A stretch of DNA of 53,488 nt from Actinomycetota bacterium. GTDB taxonomy: Bacteria > Actinomycetota > CADDZG01 > WHSQ01. The stretch is taken from assembly GCA_036265345.1 (NCBI GenBank), contig DATAPE010000165.1:1-53488 (forward strand), written 5' to 3'. This document shows positions 1 through 9,303 of this stretch, piece by piece. Position 1 is the first letter of the stretch; each line of letters opens with the position of its first letter. The position numbers and the translations under genes are program-made. The notes beneath the pieces were generated by a model, which did not search any database, was not told the origin of the DNA, and saw only the letters and a list, made by a program, of their open reading frames with translations.

Positions 1-1120
1 CCGCGATGGCTGGTCCGACGAAGAACCCGGAGTTGTAAGCCAGCGAATGGAAGGCGTTGTAACGCCCGCGCAGATGTTCGGGGGCGAGATGGTTAACGAG
101 CGCCGGCATGCTCGGCGCCATCATCGTCTCGCCGACGGCAAACACAGCGAGAGCAACAACGAAGCCTGCATCGGAGAGCGCGCCGCCACCGTGGAGGCCG
201 CTGACGAGGGTTAGCGACCAGCACAACGCCCACATAACGCAGGTGGCCATGACGACGCGCGTCCGCCGGCGACCCTTCATCGCTCTGAGAGCCCATAGCT
301 GTAGAACGACGATGGTGAGGGTGTTCGCTCCGAATGCGAAACCCACAACGTGCGTCGAGGCGCCGCCCCGGCCGGTGGCGAACGCCGGAAAGCCCGACGT
401 CAATTGCCCGGAGCCGATCGTCACGAGCAGTGCTATCACCAAACAGATCTTGACGAAGACGCGGTCTTTCAAGACTTCGGCATAGCCGGCAGGAGGGGAC
501 GCTTCGCGATCGTGCCCCGTTTTTCCCGAGCTGGTGGCATCGAACGACTTCATCAGCGTTAGCAGCAGGCCGAACCCGAGAAAGGTCAGCGCGTCGACGA
601 CATACACATGCACGAAGGAATCCGGGTGGGCGAGGCTGACGAGAGCTCCCCCGATCAAGGCACCAAGACCGATCCCGGCATTGAGGGCCATGAAGTGCAG
701 GGAGAAGGCGGCGTCGCGTTGCTCGGCAGGCACCGCAGTCGCCAGCAGGGATTGGATCGCCGGCCAGTACCCCGCCGCGCCGAACCCATAGATGGCGCCC
801 GAAGCGAACGCTTGCCACGGCGAGTGGACGTAGGCGATGGCGGTTATCCCGGCTGCCGCGAACAGCTGCGACAAGATCAAAGTCCTGCGCGGACCGATGC
901 GATCCACGAGACCGCCGGTGACTACTGTTCCGATGAACCCCGAGACGGCGATCATGGATAGCGCGAGCCCCGCCGTGGGCAGAGTGAGATGCCGCACCCG
1001 GTGGAGGTACACGATCAGGAACGGGATCACCAAGCCGTTGCCCAGAAACGACACCAGATCCCCGGCAAACAGGATCCAGACGCGGCGGGGCATGTTCGGG
1101 AACAGCGTCGGTCGCCTCAT
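1..1120 (-). CDS. MFS transporter (partial; C-terminus lies beyond the window start)
   Basis: Not in the ORF track because there is no stop in the window. My translation of the minus strand from ATG 1120 gives MRRPTLFPNMPRRVWILFAGDLVSFLGNGLVIPFLIVYLH...GGLVDRIGPRRTL (MFS motif A, D-R-x-G-R-R), then repeated hydrophobic spans down to position 1. The start overlaps the stop of the upstream hydrolase gene (ATGA). Confidence 0.8.
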   Translation of the reverse strand, partial: MRRPTLFPNMPRRVWILFAGDLVSFLGNGLVIPFLIVYLHRVRHLTLPTAGLALSMIAVSGFIGTVVTGGLVDRIGPRRTLILSQLFAAAGITAIAYVHSPWQAFASGAIYGFGAAGYWPAIQSLLATAVPAEQRDAAFSLHFMALNAGIGLGALIGGALVSLAHPDSFVHVYVVDALTFLGFGLLLTLMKSFDATSSGKTGHDREASPPAGYAEVLKDRVFVKICLVIALLVTIGSGQLTSGFPAFATGRGGASTHVVGFAFGANTLTIVVLQLWALRAMKGRRRTRVVMATCVMWALCWSLTLVSGLHGGGALSDAGFVVALAVFAVGETMMAPSMPALVNHLAPEHLRGRYNAFHSLAYNSGFFVGPAIA

Positions 1121-1794
1121 CGGATGAGCTCCCGCACCCACCCCGAGACGGCTTCGATCACCTCCTGCCAGGCTGCTTCCGTCGAGCGCCCCGAGGCCTT
1201 GGTTACCTTGAACGAGTGATCGCCGTCGTCGATAACCACCACCGAGGTGCTGGCTTTGATGGAGCCAAGGGCTCGCTCCAGAGCCTCCAGCGGACAGAAC
1301 GGGTCGCGCGTTCCTTCGACGAAGAGCATCGGGGTATCGATCGCTCTCAGATGCTCGTCACGGATCCGGTCGGGCCTCCCCGGAGGGTGCAGGGGGTAGC
1401 CGAGAAAGATCAAACCCGTGGCCTGTTCGCCGCCCGCAACGATGTGGGACGCGATGCGACCGCCCATCGACTTGCCGCCCAGGAACAGGGGACGCGGCCC
1501 CGCAAGCGGCCTTATGGCTCCGACTACATCGCGGTAGGTCTCTTCGAGCAGTGGTTGCTTATCCGGAGATCGCCGCCCCTTCTCGGTGTATCCGAAGTTG
1601 AACCGGCACACCTGCAATCCGTGGGCAGCCAGGCCGCGAGCAGCCCTTTTCATAAAGGCACCGTCCATCCCGCCGCCGGCGCCGGGCGCGAGCACGAGCA
1701 CCGCGTCGCCGTCTTCGGGGCCATCGAAGGCCACCGAAACCGGCCCTGCTGCGGTGGTGACGCGCGACTGAGACCCGGAAGAGTTAGCGGTCAT
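1117..1794 (-). CDS. alpha/beta-fold hydrolase (dienelactone-hydrolase / KANL3-like)
   Basis: Frame of track ORF 1117..1914, trimmed to ATG 1794 (MTANSS...). It has a G-K-S-M-G nucleophile elbow and later conserved D and H (VIDDGDHSF). The stop overlaps the MFS start, suggesting an operon. Confidence 0.75.
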   Translation of the reverse strand: MTANSSGSQSRVTTAAGPVSVAFDGPEDGDAVLVLAPGAGGGMDGAFMKRAARGLAAHGLQVCRFNFGYTEKGRRSPDKQPLLEETYRDVVGAIRPLAGPRPLFLGGKSMGGRIASHIVAGGEQATGLIFLGYPLHPPGRPDRIRDEHLRAIDTPMLFVEGTRDPFCPLEALERALGSIKASTSVVVIDDGDHSFKVTKASGRSTEAAWQEVIEAVSGWVRELIR

Positions 1795-1870
1795 GTGTAG
1801 CAGGCCGACCATATACTCCCGACCGACCGCAGCCCCTCGGGGCGATCTCGCCGATCGGAGGCGTTGACCG

Positions 1871-3982
1871 GTGCTCGAGAAGCTCGTGATGGCACTGTTG
1901 CTGCTGATCACCATCGGCGCGTTCGCCAGGCGGGCGCGCGACCTTGTCGGCTACCTGAAACTCGGCCGTCCCGACGATCGCTTCCAGGGCAACTGGGCCC
2001 GCAAGATCAAAGACGAGGTAGTGGTTGTCTTCGGCCAACGAAAGCTGCTCCAGTGGACGCTCCCCGGCCTGATGCACTTCTTCATCTTCTGGGGGTTCCT
2101 GATCCTGTTCACCACCATCGTGGAAGCGTTCGGCGCGATCTTCGAGAAGGGGTTCCATCTGCCGCTGATCGGCCGGTGGGGCCCGCTCGGCGCCCTCCAG
2201 GACTTCTTCATCGTCGCCGTCTTGCTCGGGATCGTCGCGGCGTTCGCGATCCGCAAGGTGCAGCGGCCCGGACGTTTCACGGGGTCGCATCTACGCGAAG
2301 CGGACTACATCCTGGTGGCGATCGGAGCCATCATGATCACCATCCTGCTGTCGCGGGCCACCCAGATCGTACTGGGACGCTTTCCCTATGACACCACGTG
2401 GACTCCGCTGTCATACAGCGTCTCGAAGCTGTTCCAAGGCATGTCGTTATCGACGCGAGACGCGATCGACACCGTCTTTCTGTGGTGGCATTCGCTGATC
2501 ATCCTTGCGTTCCTCGTCTACATCACCTACTCGAAACACCTTCACATCGTTACGTCTTTCCCAAACGTGCTCTTTAGGTCTGACCGTCCAAAGGGCGCTC
2601 TCAAACCGATGCACATCGACGTGGAGGCCATGTCCGAAGACGACGTGCTGGGGGCCGGCAAGGTGACGGACCTGACCTGGAAGCAGCTTCTCGACACCTA
2701 CACGTGCACGGAGTGTGGCCGCTGCCAATCGCAATGCCCTGCGTGGAACACCGGCAAACCGCTCTCTCCCAAGTTGCTGATCATGGATCTGCGCGACCAC
2801 TTGTTCGAGCACGGCCCCGAGCTGGTAGCCGCGCAGAAAGAGGGCGACACGGCGTTCGCAGCCGCGGTTGAAAAGCTGCCGCCGTTGAATCCCGACGTCG
2901 TCGAAGACGAGGTGATCTGGGATTGCACCACCTGCGGCGCCTGCGTACAGGCATGTCCGGTCGATATCGAGCACATCGACACCATCATCGACATGCGGCG
3001 CAACCTCGTGATGAGCGAAGCGCGCATCCCGAAGGAGATGCAGAGCGCTTTGCAGAGCCTCGAGACAACTGGGAACCCATGGGGGCAGCCTCCTCAGGCG
3101 CGGGTGGAATGGACGCGGGGAACGTCCAGGCAGACCCCGCTGAACGTTCCTCACATCTCGGCGGCCCCGGACGCTGAGGTTCTGCTCTGGGTGGGCTGCG
3201 CAGGCGCCTACGACGACCGCAATAAGAAGGTCGTCTACGACTTCGCCCGGTTGATGGAGGAGGCCGGCGTGAAGTTCGCCACGCTGGGACCGGATGAGAA
3301 CTGCAACGGCGATCCGGCGCGCCGGATGGGGGCCGAGTACGTCTATCAGTCGCTCGCGGAGCAAGCGATCGAACAGCTGAACCAGCATCACGTGAAGAAG
3401 ATCGTCACGACCTGCCCCCACTGCTTCAACACGATGTTCAACGAGTATCCGCAGTTCGGTGGCAACTTCGAAGTCATCCATCACACGGAATATCTGGCGC
3501 AGCTGGTGAGGGAAGGCCGGCTCAAGCCAACTGGCGCGGTGGCCGAGAGAATCACCTATCACGATCCTTGCTATCTGGCCCGCCACAACGACGTATGGAA
3601 GGGGGCGCGCGATGTCATTGACGCGATCCCGGGAGCCGAATACGACGAGCTCCACCGTCACAAGCACGAGACCTTCTGTTGCGGAGCAGGAGGATCAAGG
3701 ATGTGGATGGAAGAGCGCATGGGTAAGAAGGTCAACACCGAAAGGACCGATGAAGCCCTTGCTTCTGCGGCCAATACGCTCGCGGTCGGCTGCCCCTTCT
3801 GCAACATCATGCTGTCCGACGGCGTCAACGAACGACACGCGAGCGAGCAGATGAGTGTGCAGGACGTAGCGCAGATACTTCTTCGGTCGGTCGAGGGATC
3901 GGGGGATCACGTTGCCGTCTCGGACGGCCGTCAGACCGAGGCTCCCGAGCTATCCGGCGCCATAGAGGGCGACCCCTCCTAG
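1871..3982 (+). CDS. membrane-anchored (Fe-S)-binding oxidoreductase, HdrD/GlpC/DsrK-like with CCG domains
   Basis: 703 aa with a GTG start. The N-terminus has several hydrophobic helices. Two ferredoxin-type motifs are present (CTECGRCQSQCP and CTTCGACVQACP), plus Cys-rich CCG-type segments (CPHCFN, FCCGAGG, GCPFCN). Confidence 0.85.
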   Translation: MLEKLVMALLLLITIGAFARRARDLVGYLKLGRPDDRFQGNWARKIKDEVVVVFGQRKLLQWTLPGLMHFFIFWGFLILFTTIVEAFGAIFEKGFHLPLIGRWGPLGALQDFFIVAVLLGIVAAFAIRKVQRPGRFTGSHLREADYILVAIGAIMITILLSRATQIVLGRFPYDTTWTPLSYSVSKLFQGMSLSTRDAIDTVFLWWHSLIILAFLVYITYSKHLHIVTSFPNVLFRSDRPKGALKPMHIDVEAMSEDDVLGAGKVTDLTWKQLLDTYTCTECGRCQSQCPAWNTGKPLSPKLLIMDLRDHLFEHGPELVAAQKEGDTAFAAAVEKLPPLNPDVVEDEVIWDCTTCGACVQACPVDIEHIDTIIDMRRNLVMSEARIPKEMQSALQSLETTGNPWGQPPQARVEWTRGTSRQTPLNVPHISAAPDAEVLLWVGCAGAYDDRNKKVVYDFARLMEEAGVKFATLGPDENCNGDPARRMGAEYVYQSLAEQAIEQLNQHHVKKIVTTCPHCFNTMFNEYPQFGGNFEVIHHTEYLAQLVREGRLKPTGAVAERITYHDPCYLARHNDVWKGARDVIDAIPGAEYDELHRHKHETFCCGAGGSRMWMEERMGKKVNTERTDEALASAANTLAVGCPFCNIMLSDGVNERHASEQMSVQDVAQILLRSVEGSGDHVAVSDGRQTEAPELSGAIEGDPS

Positions 3983-4737
3983 CCGATCCTCTCCGCGCGG
4001 TACACATGGGTTCTGTAGGGCATCGAAAACTGCGAGCGACCCGACAAGGAGGGATGTTCCTCGCACAGCCGCACCACCTCTGACAGTAGCGACACTCGTT
4101 CCTCGTCCGGGAGCGTAGCCACGTAACTCCGCGACCGCACTAGGGCCACTAGCAGGTCGCGGTCCAGGACCTGCTCGAACTCGAAAATGCGTTCCACAGA
4201 TGGTGCAAAATGGTCGAGCGAAGTGAGGCGATCGAAGAAGTCCTGCTGCTCACTGTCTTCGCTACCGATGATCTTCGACAGGTCCGCCACCCACCCCACC
4301 GACTCGTCCCGAAAGTTCCACAGGATCCCAACGCGGCCACCGGGTCGAAGAACGCGAGCGAACTCTGCCGCCGCAGCCTGCTGATCGAGCCAGTGGAACG
4401 CCTGTGCCACCGTGATCAAGTCGAACGAACCGGTTCGAAAAGCAAGAGCCTCGGCTCGGCCGGATACCGCGGCGATACTCGGATCCAGGGCTTGTAGCTC
4501 TTGCAACATCGGAACTGCCAGCTCCAGCGCTGCCACGTAGCTGGCGTAGTCGCGTAGTTGCAGGGTCAGCTTCCCGGTTCCCGCGGCCACGTCGAGCACC
4601 GCGCCCGGGCCACCCTCCGTCATCCAGCGAACGGCGGCATCCGGATAGCCGGGCCGAGAACGGGCGTAGTCGCCGGCAACCCCGCCGAACGATGCTGCCC
4701 GTTGTCGGCGGATCGCCTGGGCGTCGGTGTCCGTCAA
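3979..4737 (-). CDS. class I SAM-dependent methyltransferase
   Basis: 252 aa with SAM-binding motif [13 protein letters not shown] and a downstream [10 protein letters not shown] segment. TTG start overlapping the dcd stop. Confidence 0.8.
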   Translation of the reverse strand: MTDTDAQAIRRQRAASFGGVAGDYARSRPGYPDAAVRWMTEGGPGAVLDVAAGTGKLTLQLRDYASYVAALELAVPMLQELQALDPSIAAVSGRAEALAFRTGSFDLITVAQAFHWLDQQAAAAEFARVLRPGGRVGILWNFRDESVGWVADLSKIIGSEDSEQQDFFDRLTSLDHFAPSVERIFEFEQVLDRDLLVALVRSRSYVATLPDEERVSLLSEVVRLCEEHPSLSGRSQFSMPYRTHVYRAERIG

Positions 4738-5297
4738 CTGAAGTTTTCGAAGAAGCGGGACGGAGTCGGCCCCCGCTGGCCCTGATACTTCGAGCCCAGA
4801 GACTTGGTCCCGTAAGGGTTCTGAGCCTCGGAAGTGAGCTGGAAAAAGCTGATCTGGCCGATCTTCATGTTCGGATAGATGGTGATCGGGAGGTTCGCAA
4901 CGTTCGAAAGCTCGAGCGTCAGGTGACCTTCGAAGCCCGGATCGACGTATCCGGCGGTCGAATGGATCAACAGACCCAGCCGCCCGAGAGACGATTTGCC
5001 TTCCAATCGAGCCACGAGGTCGTTCGGCAGCCTCACATGCTCCAAGGTCGAGCCAAGGACGAATTCGCCAGGATGAAGGATGAAAGCCTCGTCGCCGGCA
5101 ACTTCGATGAGCTCGGTAAGGTCGTCCATCGGTTTCTTGACGTCGATGAACGGATAGCGCGCGTTGTGAAAGGTTCGAAAGAAGCGATCAACATGCAGAT
5201 CGACGGACGAAGGTTGCAGATCGACCTTGTCGAAGGGCTCGATCCCGATGCGGTCCGTCGCTAAGGCTTCAAAGATGTCGCGATCCGACAGAATCAA
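4734..5297 (-). CDS. dcd: dCTP deaminase
   Basis: 187 aa. MILSDRDI...QPSSVDLHV...[14 protein letters not shown] and [21 protein letters not shown] are typical Dcd signatures. Confidence 0.9.
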   Translation of the reverse strand: MILSDRDIFEALATDRIGIEPFDKVDLQPSSVDLHVDRFFRTFHNARYPFIDVKKPMDDLTELIEVAGDEAFILHPGEFVLGSTLEHVRLPNDLVARLEGKSSLGRLGLLIHSTAGYVDPGFEGHLTLELSNVANLPITIYPNMKIGQISFFQLTSEAQNPYGTKSLGSKYQGQRGPTPSRFFENFS

Positions 5298-5379
5298 GGC
5301 GCCTCCCTCTCAGCGACGAGCAGTGTACGAGGCTCTTTGGTCCCCGTTGCGTGCCCACAGTAGGATTCGGCCGCTTTGC

Positions 5380-5452
5380 GCGGGTGTAGCTCAATGGCAG
5401 AGCTCTAGCTTCCCAAGCTAGTGACGGGGGTTCGATTCCCCTCACCCGCTCC
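5380..5452 (+). tRNA. tRNA-Gly (anticodon CCC)
   Basis: Folds by hand into a cloverleaf: acceptor GCGGGTG/CACCCGC, D-arm GCTC..GAGC, anticodon stem CTAGC/GCTAG with loop TTCCCAA, T-arm GGGGG-TTCGATT-CCCCT. CCA is not encoded. Confidence 0.9.
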
Positions 5453-5473
5453 GATCGAGTCCCCCTTCATCTG

Positions 5474-5986
5474 CTACAGGTCGAGGAGGAACCGACGAAC
5501 GTCACGGTTCGAGCGCAGATGGAAGATCTCGATATCGGGGCTCAGCCGCGCCAAGACCAGGAGCACCTGCGGGCGGGTGGTCCGGCGGTAGGACCACACC
5601 CAGCGATAGAAGGGAAGGTCAAAGCCCTCAACACAACCTTCGGGCAGGTCCGGGCGCCATCGATGGCGGTCCCGCACCAGACGGCTTATGGCTCGCCACA
5701 AACAGATCGCAGGCGGACGATCGATGAAGATCACCGTGTCGGTCCGGTTGAAACGAGGGTCGGCGCCGGGGGGATCGGAAAGGAAGTTGCCGTCGAGGAT
5801 CCACCGGTCCCGGGCGATGGCCTTGTGCAAGGCCTGCCGCGCCTCGTCCGCAGGTGCGGGACTCCATCCCGGACGCCAGAACAGAGGATCGAGATGTATC
5901 AGCGGGAGGCCGGTCCTAGCGGCGATCTGGGTCGCCAGGCGGGACTTACCGGCGCCTCCCGAGCCGATGATGGCAACGCGCTCCAC
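5474..5986 (-). CDS. P-loop NTPase / adenylate-kinase-like (topology-modulation-type) protein
   Basis: 170 aa with an N-terminal Walker A, IIGSGGAGKS. Size and layout match small AAA/adenylate-kinase-like kinases. The function is not resolvable from sequence alone. Confidence 0.65.
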   Translation of the reverse strand: MERVAIIGSGGAGKSRLATQIAARTGLPLIHLDPLFWRPGWSPAPADEARQALHKAIARDRWILDGNFLSDPPGADPRFNRTDTVIFIDRPPAICLWRAISRLVRDRHRWRPDLPEGCVEGFDLPFYRWVWSYRRTTRPQVLLVLARLSPDIEIFHLRSNRDVRRFLLDL

Positions 5987-6167
5987 GCAGCGAATCTAAA
6001 TGGCGCCGCGAGCTGAGCCGCGCTCGCGGAAGACGCCGCTCGCCGCGATTGTCATCCTCGACGACACGTCCTTGCTCTACTGTGCGACCGTGCGAAGCCT
6101 CGGTTGGGATCGGCACGATGCGGTCGCTGAGACGCGAAGTCTTCGGTGACGAGTCCTGGAGCGGCCA

Positions 6168-6833
6168 TTGCCTGACCGCGCGCAACCCAAAGGTCCGCGT
6201 CGCCTCATCCGGAGCCCCGAGATCTGGGATTCATCATCGGACGTAGAGCGGATCGCCTTCTTCAGCGACGCGGTATTTGCCATCGCGATGACACTGTTGA
6301 TCTTCCAACTCTCCGTGCCTCACGGCTCGCTGGCCACTCTCGATCAAGCCCTCGCAGCCCGCGCTCCGAAGTTGTTCTCATTCGCTCTGAGCTTCCTTGT
6401 GCTCGGTCAATACTGGATGGCGCACCATCGGATCTTCCGGCACGTGCGGAAGTACGACTCCGGTTTGATGTGGCTGAACCTTCTGTATCTGCTGGGCGTC
6501 GCATTCTTACCGTTTCCCACCGCGCTCCTTGGCAACTACTTCCACTCGGGGAGAGCGGGGCTCTATTACGGCCTCAGCCTGTTCGTACCCAGCGCGATCG
6601 GCTCGGCACTGTGGTTCTACGCGCGGCGCCGGGAGCTGCTCGATGACGTGCCTGAGGTCACCCGCCGACAGATCGAGACTCGCTCCGTAGCCACACCCCC
6701 ACTGTTTCTGTTGGGCGCGCTCGCCGCGTTGATCAATATCTACTTGGCAGTCTCGTGCTGGCTGATCCTCGTGCCGACAACGCGACTCCTGGCGGTCGCG
6801 CGTGGAGGCATCCCGAGAGAGGGCTACAGCTGA
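6168..6833 (+). CDS. TMEM175-family (DUF1211) putative potassium channel
   Basis: 221 aa. It has the signature RIAFFSDAVFAIAMTLLIFQL followed by about 5 further hydrophobic helices. TTG start; the exact start is uncertain. Confidence 0.75.
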   Translation: MPDRAQPKGPRRLIRSPEIWDSSSDVERIAFFSDAVFAIAMTLLIFQLSVPHGSLATLDQALAARAPKLFSFALSFLVLGQYWMAHHRIFRHVRKYDSGLMWLNLLYLLGVAFLPFPTALLGNYFHSGRAGLYYGLSLFVPSAIGSALWFYARRRELLDDVPEVTRRQIETRSVATPPLFLLGALAALINIYLAVSCWLILVPTTRLLAVARGGIPREGYS

Positions 6834-6897
6834 TTGTCCTTCGGACGCTGTTATGGATCCTCAGTGGCCGACTCCTGGGTCCGATAGATTCCGAGCC

Positions 6898-7299
6898 ATG
6901 ACCGCCGCTACAAACAGGTCGCATGTCGAGGAGTGGATCGCCGCCTACGAAGACGCGTGGCGGACACCAGACACATCCAGCTTGAGCGGTCTATTCACCG
7001 AGGACGCCACCTATCAACTCTGGCCCTACGATCCGGCGATAGAAGGTCTTTCAGCCATCAAGGAGATGTGGGAGGCCGAGCGGGAAGGCCCCGACGAGAC
7101 CTTCACGATGTCCAGCTCCATCGTAGCGCTCGAGAACGAGACCGCCGTTGCGCGTGTGGAAGTGGCTTACGGCGATCCCGTCACTCAGGAGTACCGCGAC
7201 CTATGGATCATGCGGTTCGCATCCGACGGGCGCTGCGAGAGCTTCGAAGAGTGGCCCTTCTGGCCCGGCCGGGGCAGCACCGCGTTCGAGTCCGCCTGA
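6898..7299 (+). CDS. SnoaL-like / NTF2-fold protein
   Basis: Frame of track ORF 6802..7299, trimmed to ATG 6898 (MTAATNRSHVEEWIAAYEDAW...). Small alpha+beta cone-type sequence with no catalytic motif assigned. Confidence 0.6.
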   Translation: MTAATNRSHVEEWIAAYEDAWRTPDTSSLSGLFTEDATYQLWPYDPAIEGLSAIKEMWEAEREGPDETFTMSSSIVALENETAVARVEVAYGDPVTQEYRDLWIMRFASDGRCESFEEWPFWPGRGSTAFESA

Positions 7300-7322
7300 A
7301 CCCACGGATCCCGGACTCGACG

Positions 7323-7910
7323 GTGTTGCACTCTCCCGGAGACGCGAACGGCGTGCCCCAATCACCATCGCCGCCCGGGGCCGAGGGCGTCGTCATCCGT
7401 CCCGAGCGCGACGCGGACCATGCCGTGATCGCAGAGGTGGTGCGCGCGGCATTCGTCGGACACCCCGACGAGGTCGCGTTGTTCGTCGAGCGCATTCGGG
7501 CGTCGGAACAGTTCATTCCGGAGCTGGCGCTGGTCGTCGAGGACTCCTCCGGTGTGATTGCTCACGTGATGCTGAGCTGGGTCGGCGTTGAAGGCGGATC
7601 CCGTACAAGGATCCTCAATCTCACGCCGATGTCGGTTCGGCCTGACCGCCAGCGCATCGGTGTCGGGGCACGTCTGATCCGAGACGCGCTCGGCCGCGCC
7701 GAAGAAGCAGGCGAGCCTGCCGTCATGGTCGAGGGCATTCCCGCGTACTATCCTCGCTTCGGCTTCGAGCAGGCGAGCGCGCTCGGCTTCATCGCCCCGC
7801 ATCCGAAGATCCCCGACGACGCTTTCATGGTCAAGCGGCTCCCGGGATACAGCCCCGCCGTCGCCGGTCGGATCGTCTATCCGGCCGCGTTCGACGCCCT
7901 CGGGTACTAA
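7323..7910 (+). CDS. GNAT family N-acetyltransferase
   Basis: C-terminal part of track ORF 6933..7910; the N-terminal 130 aa are Arg-rich junk overlapping the SnoaL gene. The RQRIGVGARLIRDAL acetyl-CoA binding motif (R/Q-x-x-G-x-G/A) and YYPRFGF are present. GTG 7323 is a plausible start. Confidence 0.75.
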   Translation: MLHSPGDANGVPQSPSPPGAEGVVIRPERDADHAVIAEVVRAAFVGHPDEVALFVERIRASEQFIPELALVVEDSSGVIAHVMLSWVGVEGGSRTRILNLTPMSVRPDRQRIGVGARLIRDALGRAEEAGEPAVMVEGIPAYYPRFGFEQASALGFIAPHPKIPDDAFMVKRLPGYSPAVAGRIVYPAAFDALGY

Positions 7911-8001
7911 CGAGCCATCTGAGAAACCGTCGCCTTGGCGGGTAAGCAACGCACCACGCCAGGTCTGGCGAGATGCGCCGCCTCCGTTGCAACGCTGGCA
8001 C

Positions 8002-8901
8002 TTAACGGCGGCGTAACTCCATCGCCTGGCCCAGACGGTCCAGGGATCTTTCTGTCATCGGCTCGACGCCCGCGATGATGTCATCGAAACCGATCTTCTC
8101 GTAGGCGTCGATGGTGCCGGCGAGCTCATCCACCGAGCCCCCGAAGGTGTTGGGATCTTCTTCGGTCGTCTGATCGGGATCGCGCACGGTCATGCCCACC
8201 GTGCGCCTGAGACTGTGGGGATCGCGACCTTCAGCTTGCAGGGCGGAGTCGAGATCTCCCACCCGGCGCATGAGCTCGTCGGTAGGGGTCCCGAACCAAG
8301 CTGTGTTCCATGCGTCGGCGTATCGCGCCGTCAATCGCAGCATCCGGGAGCCCTTCGCCGCCACCAGCACGGGTATCGACGGAGCGGGTGGCGGCAGCAG
8401 AGCGGCGTCCCTCGTGGTGTAGTAGCGGCCGTCGAAGGAAACACTGTCCCCCCTGACCAAGGGAACGATGATCTGGAGAGCCTCCTCGAAGCGATCGACC
8501 CTGTGATCGATCGGATACCCAAACGCCTGGTACTCCCGGTCGTACCAGCCGGCCCCCACACCGAGCACGACCCTGCCGCCGCTAACGGCTTGGGCCGTGG
8601 AAGCCATCTTCGCCAACAGCCCCGGCTCGCGATAGGAAACGCACATCACCATCTGGCCAAGCTCGACCCGATCGGTGACGGCGGCGAGGGCCGATAGCAC
8701 CGTCCACCCTTCGAGGATGCCCTCGACCGGGCCCCCGGGCGCTTCCGACAGGAAATGGTCGCAGGGCCAGATCGAATCGAGACCGATCGCTTCGGCATGC
8801 CTGGCGAACGCGAGCGCCTCCGACCAGATCTGTCCGCCCGAGGCCCCGCGGCCAAAGGTCGAGTCAGACTCCGCCATCGGAAGCATCACACCGATCCTCA
8901 A
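8002..8901 (-). CDS. LLM-class (luciferase-like) flavin/F420-dependent oxidoreductase
   Basis: 299 aa. MRIGVMLP...GLDSIW..DH...LGVGAGW...E..AFG pattern typical of luciferase-like monooxygenase family proteins. Confidence 0.8.
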   Translation of the reverse strand: MRIGVMLPMAESDSTFGRGASGGQIWSEALAFARHAEAIGLDSIWPCDHFLSEAPGGPVEGILEGWTVLSALAAVTDRVELGQMVMCVSYREPGLLAKMASTAQAVSGGRVVLGVGAGWYDREYQAFGYPIDHRVDRFEEALQIIVPLVRGDSVSFDGRYYTTRDAALLPPPAPSIPVLVAAKGSRMLRLTARYADAWNTAWFGTPTDELMRRVGDLDSALQAEGRDPHSLRRTVGMTVRDPDQTTEEDPNTFGGSVDELAGTIDAYEKIGFDDIIAGVEPMTERSLDRLGQAMELRRR

Positions 8902-8943
8902 CGGATCACCGGTTCGGAGCCGCTGGCCCCGATCGAAGCAACG

Positions 8944-9303
8944 TCAGCGCGTGTGCCAGATCGTGTAGACCTTGCGAACGGTTTGGCGGATCTCCCACCG
9001 GCCCCGCCATCCATCCGGAGTCAATACGAGCGCGCCGGGGCCGATCTCGTACTTGATCCCATCTTCACCAACGATCGTGGCGTCTCCCGATAGGAACAGC
9101 ATCTCTTCGGTGATCCCGTCCTTGACCGACGGAAACTCCCCCGGTGTGCACTCCCAGACGCCAACCTCAACGCTGCCGTCGTTGTACAGCTCGAGCTCGG
9201 ATTCGATCGGGTCGCCAGCGGTGGCGCCCGAGCGAGGACCCGTACTTCGCAATTCCAGGTCACCGAGACCGGTGCTGAAGGTTGCCGGCACTCCCTCGTT
9301 CAA
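8944..9303 (-). CDS. cupin-domain protein (DUF861/EutQ-like)
   Basis: 119 aa. VGVWECTPGEF...E..F.LSG...I..EDG beta-barrel pattern. The start overlaps the dnaB stop by 4 nt, so it is probably co-transcribed with dnaB. Confidence 0.7.
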   Translation of the reverse strand: MNEGVPATFSTGLGDLELRSTGPRSGATAGDPIESELELYNDGSVEVGVWECTPGEFPSVKDGITEEMLFLSGDATIVGEDGIKYEIGPGALVLTPDGWRGRWEIRQTVRKVYTIWHTR

